Positions 40,142-49,739 of a stretch of DNA of 64,000 nucleotides are shown piece after piece (the stretch's first letter is position 1; each line of letters starts with the position of its first letter). The translations under genes and the position numbers were made by a program. The stretch is from a virus (taxonomy: Duplodnaviria; Caudoviricetes). The notes under the pieces were generated by a model that made no database searches, was not told the DNA's origin, and saw only the letters and a list, made by a program, of their open reading frames with translations. Location: IMG/VR virus record IMGVR_UViG_3300033120_000868, positions 79,494 to 143,493 of that record; one strand, given 5' to 3'.

Positions 40142-40372
40142 TTATCCATTATTCTTACACTTAATCATCTCAGCTAATTCTATAATAAGCTTTTCTGCAT
40201 CTTTACTCAATTTATCAGAAACATAAGCTAATTGTGTTCCAAACTCGTGGTTAGTATAAGTCTTAAATCCTTTACCTAAACCATTGAATAAATTTGCTTG
40301 AGTGTGGTCATCTGAATGAGCAATGTCAAAACCTATGTTTTCTGCTATTAATTCAATACTTGATTTAATCAT
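40142..40372 (-). CDS. hypothetical protein
   Basis: ATGA overlap. Confidence 0.65.
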   Translation of the reverse strand: MIKSSIELIAENIGFDIAHSDDHTQANLFNGLGKGFKTYTNHEFGTQLAYVSDKLSKDAEKLIIELAEMIKCKNNG

Positions 40373-40839
40373 ACCTGCTGTTTTTTAGTTCGCATTAAGT
40401 CAACAAAATCATAAATATTGGAAGTAAAATCAGCAGCTAAACTTTCAAATTTTACAAGAGCTTGTTCAGAATAGTCTGTTTCTTGGATACTCTTAACTAC
40501 TTTATCTTTTATCAACTGTTGATTCTCTTTTACCGTTTGTTCTATCAGTTTTGCGCCAAAAGATGTAGGAGCATTTGTAGAATAATGATAATTGAAAACA
40601 TGAAAACTCAAATCTTTACTTTTAATAAGTTCTGCAACTTTATTAATTAACTCCTCTTCATAATTAGGTACAATTTTGTCTACTTCATCTCTTACAATCG
40701 CATAAGCTAAATTACTTAATAACCTTTGAGTATTTTCTTCACTACCTGAAAAGAATTTTCTAATTTGATTTCTTAATTCATCTTGAACAATTTCTTTTAT
40801 TTCTTGTTGGTCTAAGTAATCTTCTATTTTAATTTCCAT
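40369..40839 (-). CDS. hypothetical protein
   Basis: ORF after promoter. Confidence 0.7.
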   Translation of the reverse strand: MEIKIEDYLDQQEIKEIVQDELRNQIRKFFSGSEENTQRLLSNLAYAIVRDEVDKIVPNYEEELINKVAELIKSKDLSFHVFNYHYSTNAPTSFGAKLIEQTVKENQQLIKDKVVKSIQETDYSEQALVKFESLAADFTSNIYDFVDLMRTKKQQV

Positions 40840-40858
40840 AATTATTTATTTTGTTTTG

Positions 40859-40890
40859 CAAATATAGTGAATGTTTTTGAATTGTGCAAG
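40859..40890 (-). promoter_or_regulatory. Bacteroidota-type promoter
   Basis: CTTG-N20-TATATTTG. Confidence 0.65.
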
Positions 40891-41245
40891 TTTATTCTTC
40901 TAAACTTTCATTTATACCTTCAATTTTGTCTCTTAACTCTTGACCATAGCTATAATCAATATTTGAAATCTGATATTTAGAAGTTGTTGAGTATTTGCCT
41001 ATTTCTCTATGTAAAAACTCAATATAAGCTTCCTGAATTTCCACTAAATTTTGTAATTTCTTTTTCATCTTAAAATATACTTTCTTCTTGTATTAAACGC
41101 TTAACTAAAGCTTTATCATTGTAAGATAATAAACGAAACAGTTCTCTTATGTTTATTACATCTTGACTATATTTTTCTTCTGTTTTTCTCTCTTTTTCGC
41201 CGAAACTGTCATCTAAATAAAATTTTTGTACACTATCGCTCATGA

Positions 41246-42175
41246 TTAAACTGCTATTTCTAATTTACTATTAATTTTTTCAATTCCCTCCAACCCACTA
41301 AAATTAAAGTCTTCTATTGTATGACTATAAAAATCTTTAGATTCACAAATTAACTCTATTTTAGGTTGTTTACCTGTCGGTTTTTTATCTAATAACTCAT
41401 TCACAGCATCCATGTGACGCAAATAAACGTGGCAGTTTTGGACAATATGTAAAAGTTTACCAACTTCATGTTTAATTCCTGTCTTAAATGTTAAATGATT
41501 ACAAACCATCATAGCTAACATTGTATATTGACTTGAATTTATGGAGCTTGTAACTGCAAAGTCCTGACTACGTTGCACTAATGTAATATCAATAAAGCGT
41601 TTATGAACTTCAAATTTATCATATTCTCTAACGCTCCAAAGTGTCTCATAAGCACAAGGAGTAAGAGCTTTAGGGTCATCAATCATCTGCTGTTCTTGCC
41701 ACATAGAAATAATATGTCTTCTGCCAAACGGGTTTTCTTCTAAACCTTTTAAAAGTTTGTTCACTAAATTGTAACGCTTAACAGTATGTCCATAAGTTTT
41801 CCCTAAAATACGTATAGTTTTATACGTAAGATTACTTGAGTTATCTATAAAAGAAATACCCCCATTTAATAACATATCATATCTACAAAAATCTTTCCAC
41901 CAACTATGAATACTCTTATGCATCTCTTCTAAAACATTTGTTTGTTTTAGATAAATAGCTTCAATATCATAAAAAGCACCTTTTAAAGCTGTAGGTCTCA
42001 AAGTTGTGATAGGAAATTCTCCTTTAGAAATATCATATTGGAAAACTTTTTGTGTTATAAACTTAGAATGTGCAGGACTACCATCTTCCCACTTAGGTCT
42101 TGGTTTTTTATCTACTTGACCACCTTCTAAAATTTCAAGTAATGTTTCGCGTAAATAAATATCCGCTTTATTCAT
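41246..42175 (-). CDS. thyA: Thymidylate synthase
   Basis: FPITTLR, NPFGRRHIISMW, LTPC, QRSQD, NCHVY..H. Confidence 0.93.
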   Translation of the reverse strand: MNKADIYLRETLLEILEGGQVDKKPRPKWEDGSPAHSKFITQKVFQYDISKGEFPITTLRPTALKGAFYDIEAIYLKQTNVLEEMHKSIHSWWKDFCRYDMLLNGGISFIDNSSNLTYKTIRILGKTYGHTVKRYNLVNKLLKGLEENPFGRRHIISMWQEQQMIDDPKALTPCAYETLWSVREYDKFEVHKRFIDITLVQRSQDFAVTSSINSSQYTMLAMMVCNHLTFKTGIKHEVGKLLHIVQNCHVYLRHMDAVNELLDKKPTGKQPKIELICESKDFYSHTIEDFNFSGLEGIEKINSKLEIAV

Positions 42176-42176
42176 A

Positions 42177-42560
42177 TTAAAACTCCTTAGTTAAATCCAC
42201 AACTGACTTTAAAATACCTTCTTTTGCTATAACATAAATTACATTATTCGGAACGTCAAAAATTAAATTAACATTTTCTAAAAAATCTTGCATATCTTTC
42301 ATCTTAAAAGCATAAGTGTCTCCATCTTTAAACTTCTCTGTGATTTCATAATATTTATTAAATCCATTAACATTAATAATTACAACAGAATTATGTTTAT
42401 CCCAAGTGATAATTACATTAGCCATTTCTGTAGGAGTGCAAGTATCTTCTAATTTTTGAATGGAGCATTGCTTCGTAGATACGAAGGCTACATAGTTTGT
42501 TTCTTGAGCTTGAATTGTAAAACTTAAAAGTAGTACAATTATTAATAATAGTTTTTTCAT
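42177..42560 (-). CDS. secreted hypothetical protein
   Basis: Sec signal MKKLLLIIVLLLSFTIQA. Confidence 0.7.
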   Translation of the reverse strand: MKKLLLIIVLLLSFTIQAQETNYVAFVSTKQCSIQKLEDTCTPTEMANVIITWDKHNSVVIINVNGFNKYYEITEKFKDGDTYAFKMKDMQDFLENVNLIFDVPNNVIYVIAKEGILKSVVDLTKEF

Positions 42561-42564
42561 AATT

Positions 42565-43182
42565 TTATTTTAGTAAAAAATTTACAGGGTAGTGATACTT
42601 AAATCCTGCATAAGCTTCCATAGTTTTATTCCAATTTCCATGCCTTTCGTACAAGTAATTAAGATAATCTAAAACCACGGTTACTTGTTTTTGTTCATTA
42701 AACCTACCGTCAATACTATAACCTTTCATTTTACACATCTCATTCCAAGTTCCATCTAACATTTGTCCAAGACCTTTTGCTGTGGAATATTTATTTTCAG
42801 CTTTTACATTAAATCTACTTTCTTTGTAGAAAACCCAAAATACTAATGTTGCAGGAACTTTAGCTTCCTCTATTTGATTTCTATATTTTAAAGCTAAAAA
42901 TGAGAACCTTTCAAACTCATCTTCTGTTAGTTTAAATCCTATAGCTTTATAAAGGTCTTCTACGTAATATTCTTCTCTTAAAGGAGAGTTTATTTGTTTG
43001 ATTCTGTTTTCTTTTTCTCTTATTATTTTTTCTTTTTCGCCGATTTCAGACTTAAACTGAACTGCTGAAACTAAAGTCGCGCCAAAAGAAATAAAGAGAA
43101 CAGCAACAATAACTCTGTATTTCAATATTTTATTAGTCTTCCTATAGACTAAGTTCTCGCTGTCATATTTAAATAATGTCAT
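42565..43182 (-). CDS. membrane-anchored lytic transglycosylase (SLT domain)
   Basis: KESRFN..A, AKGLGQML..TW, YL..L...AY motifs after an N-terminal TM. Confidence 0.8.
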   Translation of the reverse strand: MTLFKYDSENLVYRKTNKILKYRVIVAVLFISFGATLVSAVQFKSEIGEKEKIIREKENRIKQINSPLREEYYVEDLYKAIGFKLTEDEFERFSFLALKYRNQIEEAKVPATLVFWVFYKESRFNVKAENKYSTAKGLGQMLDGTWNEMCKMKGYSIDGRFNEQKQVTVVLDYLNYLYERHGNWNKTMEAYAGFKYHYPVNFLLK

Positions 43183-43198
43183 AATTTCTAATTTTTTA

Positions 43199-43230
43199 CA
43201 AAGATACTAAATTACTTTTCAATATCCAAA
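43199..43230 (-). promoter_or_regulatory. Bacteroidota-type promoter
   Basis: TTTG-N20-TATCTTTG. Confidence 0.65.
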
Positions 43231-43422
43231 TTTTTCGTAAACTAATTCATAAATACGTTCTAAATCAAACTCCAACAATTCTAAAACATCAACGTCTTTA
43301 TAATAAATTGCTGTTATTTCTACTTCAGGGTATTCAGCAGGAGTTTCTAAAGTTGCAGGATAATAATCTCCACTAACTTCATACTCAATTTCTATCTCAG
43401 TGCCGTTGTAATTAATATACAT
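43219..43422 (-). CDS. small acidic phage protein
   Basis: YYPAT...PAEYPE.EI. Confidence 0.7.
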   Translation of the reverse strand: MYINYNGTEIEIEYEVSGDYYPATLETPAEYPEVEITAIYYKDVDVLELLEFDLERIYELVYEKFGY

Positions 43423-43664
43423 AATATTCCTATTAAAGTTAATACTATAGTTAAATCTCTCTTTACTTGTTTTCTTTTTTCTTCTTGTTTTAAACCGTCT
43501 TTTGCTTTTATGGCTAAAAACACACTTTTAAAAGGTTTATTATCATTATAATGAAACATATAGGAAAAATTAAATCCTAAAATGTAAAACATCTCTAAGA
43601 CTACGTATTCCTCTCTGTTCTCTGTCAATTGCATGACGCTAAATTTCTTTTGTGTTATTTTCAT
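43392..43664 (-). CDS. hypothetical membrane protein
   Basis: C-terminal TM. Confidence 0.55.
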   Translation of the reverse strand: MKITQKKFSVMQLTENREEYVVLEMFYILGFNFSYMFHYNDNKPFKSVFLAIKAKDGLKQEEKRKQVKRDLTIVLTLIGILCILITTALR

Positions 43665-43666
43665 AG

Positions 43667-44437
43667 TTATTGTTTTTTATTTTTGTCAAACCACTTCATA
43701 GTAATGTAATCGTTTTCATCTGTAAAAGTATCCACTAAAGAATTTTTCATAGAATATAATAAATTTAGTTGTTCTAAAACTTCTTCCTCACTATACATTC
43801 TCTCAGCTTGCCACTTAGCACCAAATTTAACAGCTTCTATTACAGCTTTATTAATTTGTTCATTATATTCTGAATAATTTTTAGCAACTTCTTCAAGTTC
43901 TAATTCTTCTTTAAATATCTCTCCTAAAGCTTCTTCCACTTGTTTAGCTATTTCAGGATTACCATTCTTTTCTAACCATTGGTCTATGATATTTTCTTCT
44001 GTTTTTGAACTCTGTTCTCTATTTTCTTTTGGCGAAAAATTTAAAGAATATGAATATGTATAGTCAACGCATATATTATAATCTGTTTCGTTAAGTTCCT
44101 TTATAACCTCCACATAATCAGGAGTATTTTCGGCGTAAAAAGATAAGAAAGAACTGTTAACTTGTTGAACACCATCTTCTATAAGAGTGGGGTCATTAGT
44201 GAGAACTACTTTTTTACGTCCTAGTAAACTACAATCATCTTTCCATTTCCAAACTTTATAACCATCTGTTATGTAATCGTCAAATTTAATCTCCTCATTA
44301 TTAGTAATATAGATAAATTTATTTACAACCCAACCTCCCATAGATAAAACATTCTTACTATGACCATAAACATTAGCGTGTGTATTATAGTATAATTCAC
44401 TTTCTTGGTCTGTTTCTTTTAAAAATATGTTCTTCAT
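43667..44437 (-). CDS. mosaic phage protein
   Basis: IYIT..EEIK..D; KKVVLTNDP.LI.DGVQ; GAKWQAERMYSEEEV. Confidence 0.75.
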   Translation of the reverse strand: MKNIFLKETDQESELYYNTHANVYGHSKNVLSMGGWVVNKFIYITNNEEIKFDDYITDGYKVWKWKDDCSLLGRKKVVLTNDPTLIEDGVQQVNSSFLSFYAENTPDYVEVIKELNETDYNICVDYTYSYSLNFSPKENREQSSKTEENIIDQWLEKNGNPEIAKQVEEALGEIFKEELELEEVAKNYSEYNEQINKAVIEAVKFGAKWQAERMYSEEEVLEQLNLLYSMKNSLVDTFTDENDYITMKWFDKNKKQ

Positions 44438-44464
44438 AAACTACTCTTTTAATGATTTCTTTTG

Positions 44465-44496
44465 CAAATGTACGGAAAAATATTTTACTGTGCAAG
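44465..44496 (-). promoter_or_regulatory. Bacteroidota-type promoter
   Basis: CTTG-N20-TACATTTG. Confidence 0.65.
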
Positions 44497-44582
44497 AAAA
44501 AACTATTTTATTTTTTATTTCGCGCGAAAAAAGTTAGAAACGGAAATAAAAAAGCCGACTAAAAAGTCAGCTCTTCTGTTTA

Positions 44583-44753
44583 TCAATCTTCTTTATAAGG
44601 ACAATGCCTACAATTGTTATTACAACAACTTCCTCTTCTTTTATGATAAGATTCTGTAAAAATCATATTACCTTGCTCCCAATAGAAATCTGTAGGTAAC
44701 AGTTTATTTTTACTTTGTTCTTTTACATATTGACTAAAAATCCAATCTTTCAT
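44583..44753 (-). CDS. DUF5522-like Cys-rich protein
   Basis: FTESYHKRRGSCCNNNCRHCPY; probable start MKDWIF. Confidence 0.75.
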   Translation of the reverse strand: MKDWIFSQYVKEQSKNKLLPTDFYWEQGNMIFTESYHKRRGSCCNNNCRHCPYKED

Positions 44754-44757
44754 ACCT

Positions 44758-46941
44758 TTAAATAAATGTAATTTCACAACCTCCCGAGCTACATGCAACA
44801 GCACCTAAAGTGTCTACAGCTACAAAAGTAGGTTTAAAATCAATCTCTGTAAAATCAATCTTCTTATAATCTCTTGTAATTATAGACCATTTGTGAAACA
44901 AATGCACATCTTTTAAACAACTGACCGCTGTATTTAAGTCATTTTTAAAATAACTTTTTGCAAACTTTTTAATTCGTCTAACAACATCTTTCTTTAATAG
45001 TAATTTATATCTATCCCCTGATAACTCAAAATTTCTATCAACTACAGCTTGACATGTATCCCACAAATCATTATCAAATGCGTGTAAAGAATCTACAATT
45101 AATCCTGAAGCAAATAAACTTCCTGTACCATAATTAGAAACAATTTCTTCAAATGATAAGACTTTTGTAAAAGGACTTTGTTTATAGACTTTATCTCCTA
45201 AACTTGGCATAAAAGATAATCCACAGAAAAATTCTTTATTATCAAAAATATGGTCAAATAGTCCTTCCCAATCTTGTACAGTGATTGTATTAGATACATT
45301 ATGTGTAACTCTATTTGAATAACCTCTGTCTTTATGATTACCTACTAATACCCAATTCTGATATACCGTTTCTACTGCTTTTACAAAATCAATATCTGAT
45401 AAATCATCTTTAAACAAAGACCCCTCATTTTCTTCAATTGGTAAATAAACTGCATAATCATTTCCTGAAGCACTCCAAACAGAGTTTTCTAACAAAACAG
45501 AGTTTGTATCAGCCAATACTTTTGCAACTTCTGTTTGTTTGTTCATCTGCATAATTCTAAAATATCTTCTTGAGTGTGCAGGGTGTATTCCTGATGATGT
45601 TCCTAAAATTACAGAGGCGTTTCCGCTTGGCTTAACTGTTGTTGTACGTGCAGCAGGATTAATACCTATAATTTTAGCAACTTCTTCGTTGACTTGATTA
45701 ACAATTTCAGCCCCTTTTCTTAAAACTTCAGGGGATAGTAATACTTTAGGATTATCCATAATCCCTGTAATTGAAACTCCAATTAAAGCTTCCTCGTTAA
45801 TAAGCTCTTCTGTATCAATACCTAAAAACGGCATATTTGTATAAGATGCTTGTAATGTACCTAAAATTGACGCGTTTCTACAAGCCTCGTAAAATTTAGC
45901 AGGTGTATTACATAACCCACCATTAATTTCATTTAAGTTACAGAAAGAAATACATGAATTACCTGTTTTTGGGTTTACAGGGATAAAACCAATTTCTGCA
46001 CAAGGGTTTGTACAAAAATCAATGTCATCAACTAACACAATACCTGGCTCACCAAACTGTTTAATACTCTCTTTATAATTATCAAACTCCTCTTTTGTTA
46101 AATCAGTTTTTAATAGTTTAATAGAGTTGTTTGCTCTACCTCTTTGTGCATTATCATAAAACCAATTCCCTGTTTTACATTTTAGCATTAAATCGTCGTC
46201 TTTGTCAAACAAACAAATTAAAGCTGAGCGTCTAATTCCTCCACTTAAAACTGCATCTGCAATATGGCAAACAATATCGTGTGCATCTAAAGTAGAAAGT
46301 TTTTCTTGACCACTGTTAACTCTACTATTTACTAAACTCTCAATTAATTCTAAAGACCTTCTTAGAGGTTGGAAGCCAGGAGCTTTGAAACCGCCTGAAA
46401 TATAAGCTCCCTCAGGTCTAATTAAAGAGCCATCAAATCTAATTTGTTCACTCCCATTAAAAAATGACATCATTAAAGCATCAACTGCTAAAGCCCATCC
46501 TTCTACACTGTCCTCAATAGTATAAGTAACTGTTTCTTCTTTTCTTTTTTTTATAGTTGGTAATTTCTCAACAAATCTTTTTTCTACAGAGTACCCCGCA
46601 CCACATCCGTTCAATAAAATGTACATAATTTGCTTGAACACTTCAGGTCTGTCAATATAAGTTGAGCTACAATTAAACAGCTTTACATTATGCTTATTAA
46701 TACTATCTCCTCTAAATTGTAAGTTTCTTTGGGACGCTAAAATTTGCTTGTTTTTATAAGCTTGAGTAGCAGAATCTAAATATGAAGTAAGCTCAGGTAA
46801 ATGTTTAAACTTACCATAATGCATCTCCATAACGCTATCTACAGATTCTTCCCACGTTTCTTTTCTCCCTAAATCTTCTCTGTATTTTGAGTAAGATTCA
46901 TAAAATTTTAAATTACTTAATAGTTCTTTTCCTTTATTCAT
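44758..46941 (-). CDS. nrdJ: Class II (B12-dependent, monomeric-type) ribonucleotide reductase
   Basis: R.ETW, FNCS, DS.EGW, GGIRRSA, TNPCAEI, CNL.E, TTVKPSG, C-terminal CSSGGCE; no beta-subunit gene nearby. Confidence 0.88.
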   Translation of the reverse strand: MNKGKELLSNLKFYESYSKYREDLGRKETWEESVDSVMEMHYGKFKHLPELTSYLDSATQAYKNKQILASQRNLQFRGDSINKHNVKLFNCSSTYIDRPEVFKQIMYILLNGCGAGYSVEKRFVEKLPTIKKRKEETVTYTIEDSVEGWALAVDALMMSFFNGSEQIRFDGSLIRPEGAYISGGFKAPGFQPLRRSLELIESLVNSRVNSGQEKLSTLDAHDIVCHIADAVLSGGIRRSALICLFDKDDDLMLKCKTGNWFYDNAQRGRANNSIKLLKTDLTKEEFDNYKESIKQFGEPGIVLVDDIDFCTNPCAEIGFIPVNPKTGNSCISFCNLNEINGGLCNTPAKFYEACRNASILGTLQASYTNMPFLGIDTEELINEEALIGVSITGIMDNPKVLLSPEVLRKGAEIVNQVNEEVAKIIGINPAARTTTVKPSGNASVILGTSSGIHPAHSRRYFRIMQMNKQTEVAKVLADTNSVLLENSVWSASGNDYAVYLPIEENEGSLFKDDLSDIDFVKAVETVYQNWVLVGNHKDRGYSNRVTHNVSNTITVQDWEGLFDHIFDNKEFFCGLSFMPSLGDKVYKQSPFTKVLSFEEIVSNYGTGSLFASGLIVDSLHAFDNDLWDTCQAVVDRNFELSGDRYKLLLKKDVVRRIKKFAKSYFKNDLNTAVSCLKDVHLFHKWSIITRDYKKIDFTEIDFKPTFVAVDTLGAVACSSGGCEITFI

Positions 46942-46991
46942 CGTTTTTAAATTCCTGTTTTTGTTTTCATGTTACTGTTGTTTATTAAGGA

Positions 46992-47025
46992 CAAAAAACC
47001 CTGCCACTTTAAATTTCGACAGGGT
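46992..47025 (-). terminator. Terminator/attenuator hairpin in the RNR leader
   Basis: reverse strand ACCCTGTC..N..GGCAGGGT followed by T run, between promoter and start codon. Confidence 0.65.
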
Positions 47026-47126
47026 ATAGTTTTATATGTAAAGCACTCGTGCCTCGTATGAGCCAAGCCTTCTTAAACAAAGCTACTTTCTCATTAGCTA
47101 TCTCGGACAGCTCTAAATTTCTTTTG

Positions 47127-47158
47127 CAAATATAGTAATAGTTTTTCTAATTACCAAA
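47127..47158 (-). promoter_or_regulatory. Bacteroidota-type promoter upstream of the RNR leader
   Basis: TTTG-N20-TATATTTG. Confidence 0.7.
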
Positions 47159-47207
47159 TTTGTTAACTGAAATGTTTTTCTTTTAGCTAATTTTTTTGCG
47201 CGAAAAA

Positions 47208-47516
47208 TTAATCCCAATTTTTATATAATTCCTTAAATTCTTTTAAAATACTCAAAGTCTCTTGTTGAATTTTTAACATCTCACTTACTTCAGGTAAGAT
47301 AATCTGTTTTAAAGATGTAAACTTCTCTAATGCTTGAGAAACTGTTGGATAATAAAACCTTTCTTCTGCTGTGTAGTCTACTGTTTCTCCGTTTTTATTA
47401 GTTCTTTTGGCGGGAAAATGCTCTACTAAAACTACACCTTTAAATTGGTCTGACTCTAGGTAATAGTGTTCACTTAAATCTATTCTGTCTTTGTGTTTGA
47501 AAATGTTATTGTTCAT
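47208..47516 (-). CDS. hypothetical protein
   Basis: 102 aa. Confidence 0.7.
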   Translation of the reverse strand: MNNNIFKHKDRIDLSEHYYLESDQFKGVVLVEHFPAKRTNKNGETVDYTAEERFYYPTVSQALEKFTSLKQIILPEVSEMLKIQQETLSILKEFKELYKNWD

Positions 47517-47519
47517 ATC

Positions 47520-47735
47520 TTATTTATTTAATATTTTAATTCTTTTCTTAGCCAACTTTTTATCAAAAAATGGCATATCTCCAAGCTCTCCATAAGTATT
47601 ATCAATTTTATAATCACCAATAATTTTAGAGGATTTAATAAAACCAAATCTTACAGTTTCTTTTCTAATCCAAAACGTTTTTGGAGCTTCTTTGTCGTAT
47701 AGAGGGGTTTCTATTATTGTGTATTTTACTTTCAT
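47520..47735 (-). CDS. hypothetical protein
   Basis: operon packing. Confidence 0.6.
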   Translation of the reverse strand: MKVKYTIIETPLYDKEAPKTFWIRKETVRFGFIKSSKIIGDYKIDNTYGELGDMPFFDKKLAKKRIKILNK

Positions 47736-48113
47736 CTTGTTTAGTATAAATCTGAACCTATTTCTGCTAATTCTTTTGTCAATTCTTCATCGTCAAAAGC
47801 ACACCATGTTTCTTCTTTCATTTTTATTATTTTTTTTTAGTTTTTCGCCGTTAAAAATAAAGAAACAGAAGTAATTTACTTTCACTTGCTATTTTAATAC
47901 CCACAAGATTACGAGTAACTTCTGAATCTTTAAATACCCTTGTTATTGCATTGGTCAGGATTGTACCGCACTTATCTTACTATATGTAGCGGACAAGTTC
48001 TAATTACTACACAAGGAGAGTTCTATGTATTTTACTCACAATTAACATACTCACCAATACGAGGCATGAGTGCTTTTAAGGGCTTTTCTCAGTATGTAGA
48101 ACCTATCGCTCTG

Positions 48114-48183
48114 TGGTCTCGGTAACAATCGAGGTTACAACTTCTGTAGACTAACAGTGTTTTGCCACTTAAACTACAAGACC
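48114..48183 (-). tRNA. tRNA-like gene with aberrant anticodon arm (pseudo/undetermined)
   Basis: acceptor GGTCTTG/CGAGACC, D arm GTTT-AAGTGGCA-AAAC, anticodon arm CTGT-TAGTCT-ACAG (6-nt loop), T arm GTAAC-CTCGATT-GTTAC. Confidence 0.65.
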
Positions 48184-48322
48184 GCTTGATAGCTTACCTA
48201 TCAGCACCCGTTAGATTATGCTTGCTAGACTATGTGGGTTAGCCTTTTTAACCTGTAGCATGTAGGCTCATCTGCAACTTAACATAAACCTGTGATGAGT
48301 TTTCCTTAATGTTTATGCCTTG

Positions 48323-48715
48323 CTAACTCTTTATTTCTGTAAAACTTCTATACCAATCACTTAAAAATCTACTCCAAATTTTACCATTCTTACCTTTATA
48401 TACTACTGTAATTGGATATTTTTCCGTATTTGTTTCATTTGCTATTGCAATAATTTTATACTTGATTCCATTAGTATGCCTCCATTTAGATTTTATTGTT
48501 GGAATTTTCATAATTTCTTTTTTTATTTCCGACCCATCTGCATTTAAACCTTTATGTAAATTTTCATACTCTTTATCCCATAGAGTATCTCTGTTTGGGT
48601 CTACATATTTATTAATAGTATCTTTTTCATAGTCTTCTAATCTTTCAGGATACCATAATTTATCTTCTTCGTAGGATACTCTTGATAAGTGTTCCATCAT
48701 CGTTTCTTTTGCCAT
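48323..48715 (-). CDS. hypothetical protein with C-terminal DUF1653-like domain
   Basis: WRHTNG..Y.II.IANE....VVY....GKIWSR. Confidence 0.65.
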   Translation of the reverse strand: MAKETMMEHLSRVSYEEDKLWYPERLEDYEKDTINKYVDPNRDTLWDKEYENLHKGLNADGSEIKKEIMKIPTIKSKWRHTNGIKYKIIAIANETNTEKYPITVVYKGKNGKIWSRFLSDWYRSFTEIKS

Positions 48716-48736
48716 AATATTATAATTTTAAAATAG

Positions 48737-48813
48737 TTGCCTTTGAGGGAATCGAACCCACCTGTAACCAACTACGCTTTCTACGCATTATGAGTGCGAG
48801 GCGATAAAAGGCA
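48737..48813 (-). tRNA. tRNA(CAT)-like RNA lacking a normally placed D arm
   Basis: acceptor TGCCTTT/AAAGGCA, CGCA-CTCATAA-TGCG anticodon arm, GTGGG-TTCGATT-CCCTC T arm. Confidence 0.65.
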
Positions 48814-48890
48814 GTAAAAATAAGACTTTACAATCAGGAAAGTCTCAAACCTACATCCCTATTCGATGTGTCAATGTTTATAGTTCACCT

Positions 48891-49040
48891 CTATTTTTCA
48901 CTTTCAGAATCATTTACAGCCCTATCAATTGCAATAGCAACTGTTGCTGATAACCAACCTGATACAAAACTTCCTGAAATCCAAGTTCCTATTGAGTAGC
49001 ATACTAAGAAGATACCCAAACTAATAAAAAATCTTTTCAT
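48891..49040 (-). CDS. small membrane protein
   Basis: probable start MKRFF; hydrophobic. Confidence 0.55.
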   Translation of the reverse strand: MKRFFISLGIFLVCYSIGTWISGSFVSGWLSATVAIAIDRAVNDSESEK

Positions 49041-49045
49041 TGTTG

Positions 49046-49351
49046 TTAAGTTAAAATATAATACATTAAAAAAGAAAGCCCCCAAAAAGTTAAGAATAAG
49101 AAAGCTTTTAAAAATACTCTGTAAAACGCTTTATTTACTCTTTCGTCTTCACTTAAATCATCATCTGAATCCTTATCTTTATAGTTAACAATTTGGAAAA
49201 TAGAAATCAAACCATAAAGTTTTACAAAGCCTAATTCCGCCAAAAAAGTTAAACCAAATAAAGAAGAAACAGATAAAACAATTGTTGTTCCTAATAACCC
49301 TAACAATACACTTAACAAAAGTGCTAATACTGATAATCCTAAGTTTTTCAT
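49046..49351 (-). CDS. membrane protein
   Basis: three hydrophobic segments. Confidence 0.65.
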   Translation of the reverse strand: MKNLGLSVLALLLSVLLGLLGTTIVLSVSSLFGLTFLAELGFVKLYGLISIFQIVNYKDKDSDDDLSEDERVNKAFYRVFLKAFLFLTFWGLSFLMYYILT

Positions 49352-49691
49352 AATTTTGTTTTTAATTTATTTTCCGCGAAAAAATATAAAACAGAAATCC
49401 ACCAAGATTGGAATAAATGTACTTTCATGCATAAGTAATTAGCTTACAACAATCCATCCTCTAACAAGGCATAGGGATACTTTATCATACTCAAACAAAC
49501 TTAACACTATCTTGGAAGCGTTGTAATAAAAAATAATTGTACAGAGGTCATCCTGTATTGTAGTGTGCCCCTTATTAATATTCCTTGTTGCAAAGCTTAC
49601 GGTTATATGCAACTACGGGTTTGCGTTTTACTTATACAATTCTGTTCTTACTACTTGTCTGTCTTTCTATTTCTGTTTTTTATTTCTTTTG

Positions 49692-49723
49692 CAAATATAC
49701 AACTTTATTTTTAATTATGCAAA
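49692..49723 (-). promoter_or_regulatory. Bacteroidota-type promoter upstream of a non-coding structured region
   Basis: TTTG-N20-TATATTTG. Confidence 0.7.
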
Positions 49724-49739
49724 TATTATTTAAAGTATT

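Noticed and set aside
46945-47120. Cobalamin riboswitch in front of the class II RNR
   Set aside because: Conserved B12-box sequence not recognisable by eye; kept only as a generic attenuator candidate
47940-48125. + strand 61-aa ORF
   Set aside because: Against local gene direction and overlaps a tRNA-like/ncRNA region
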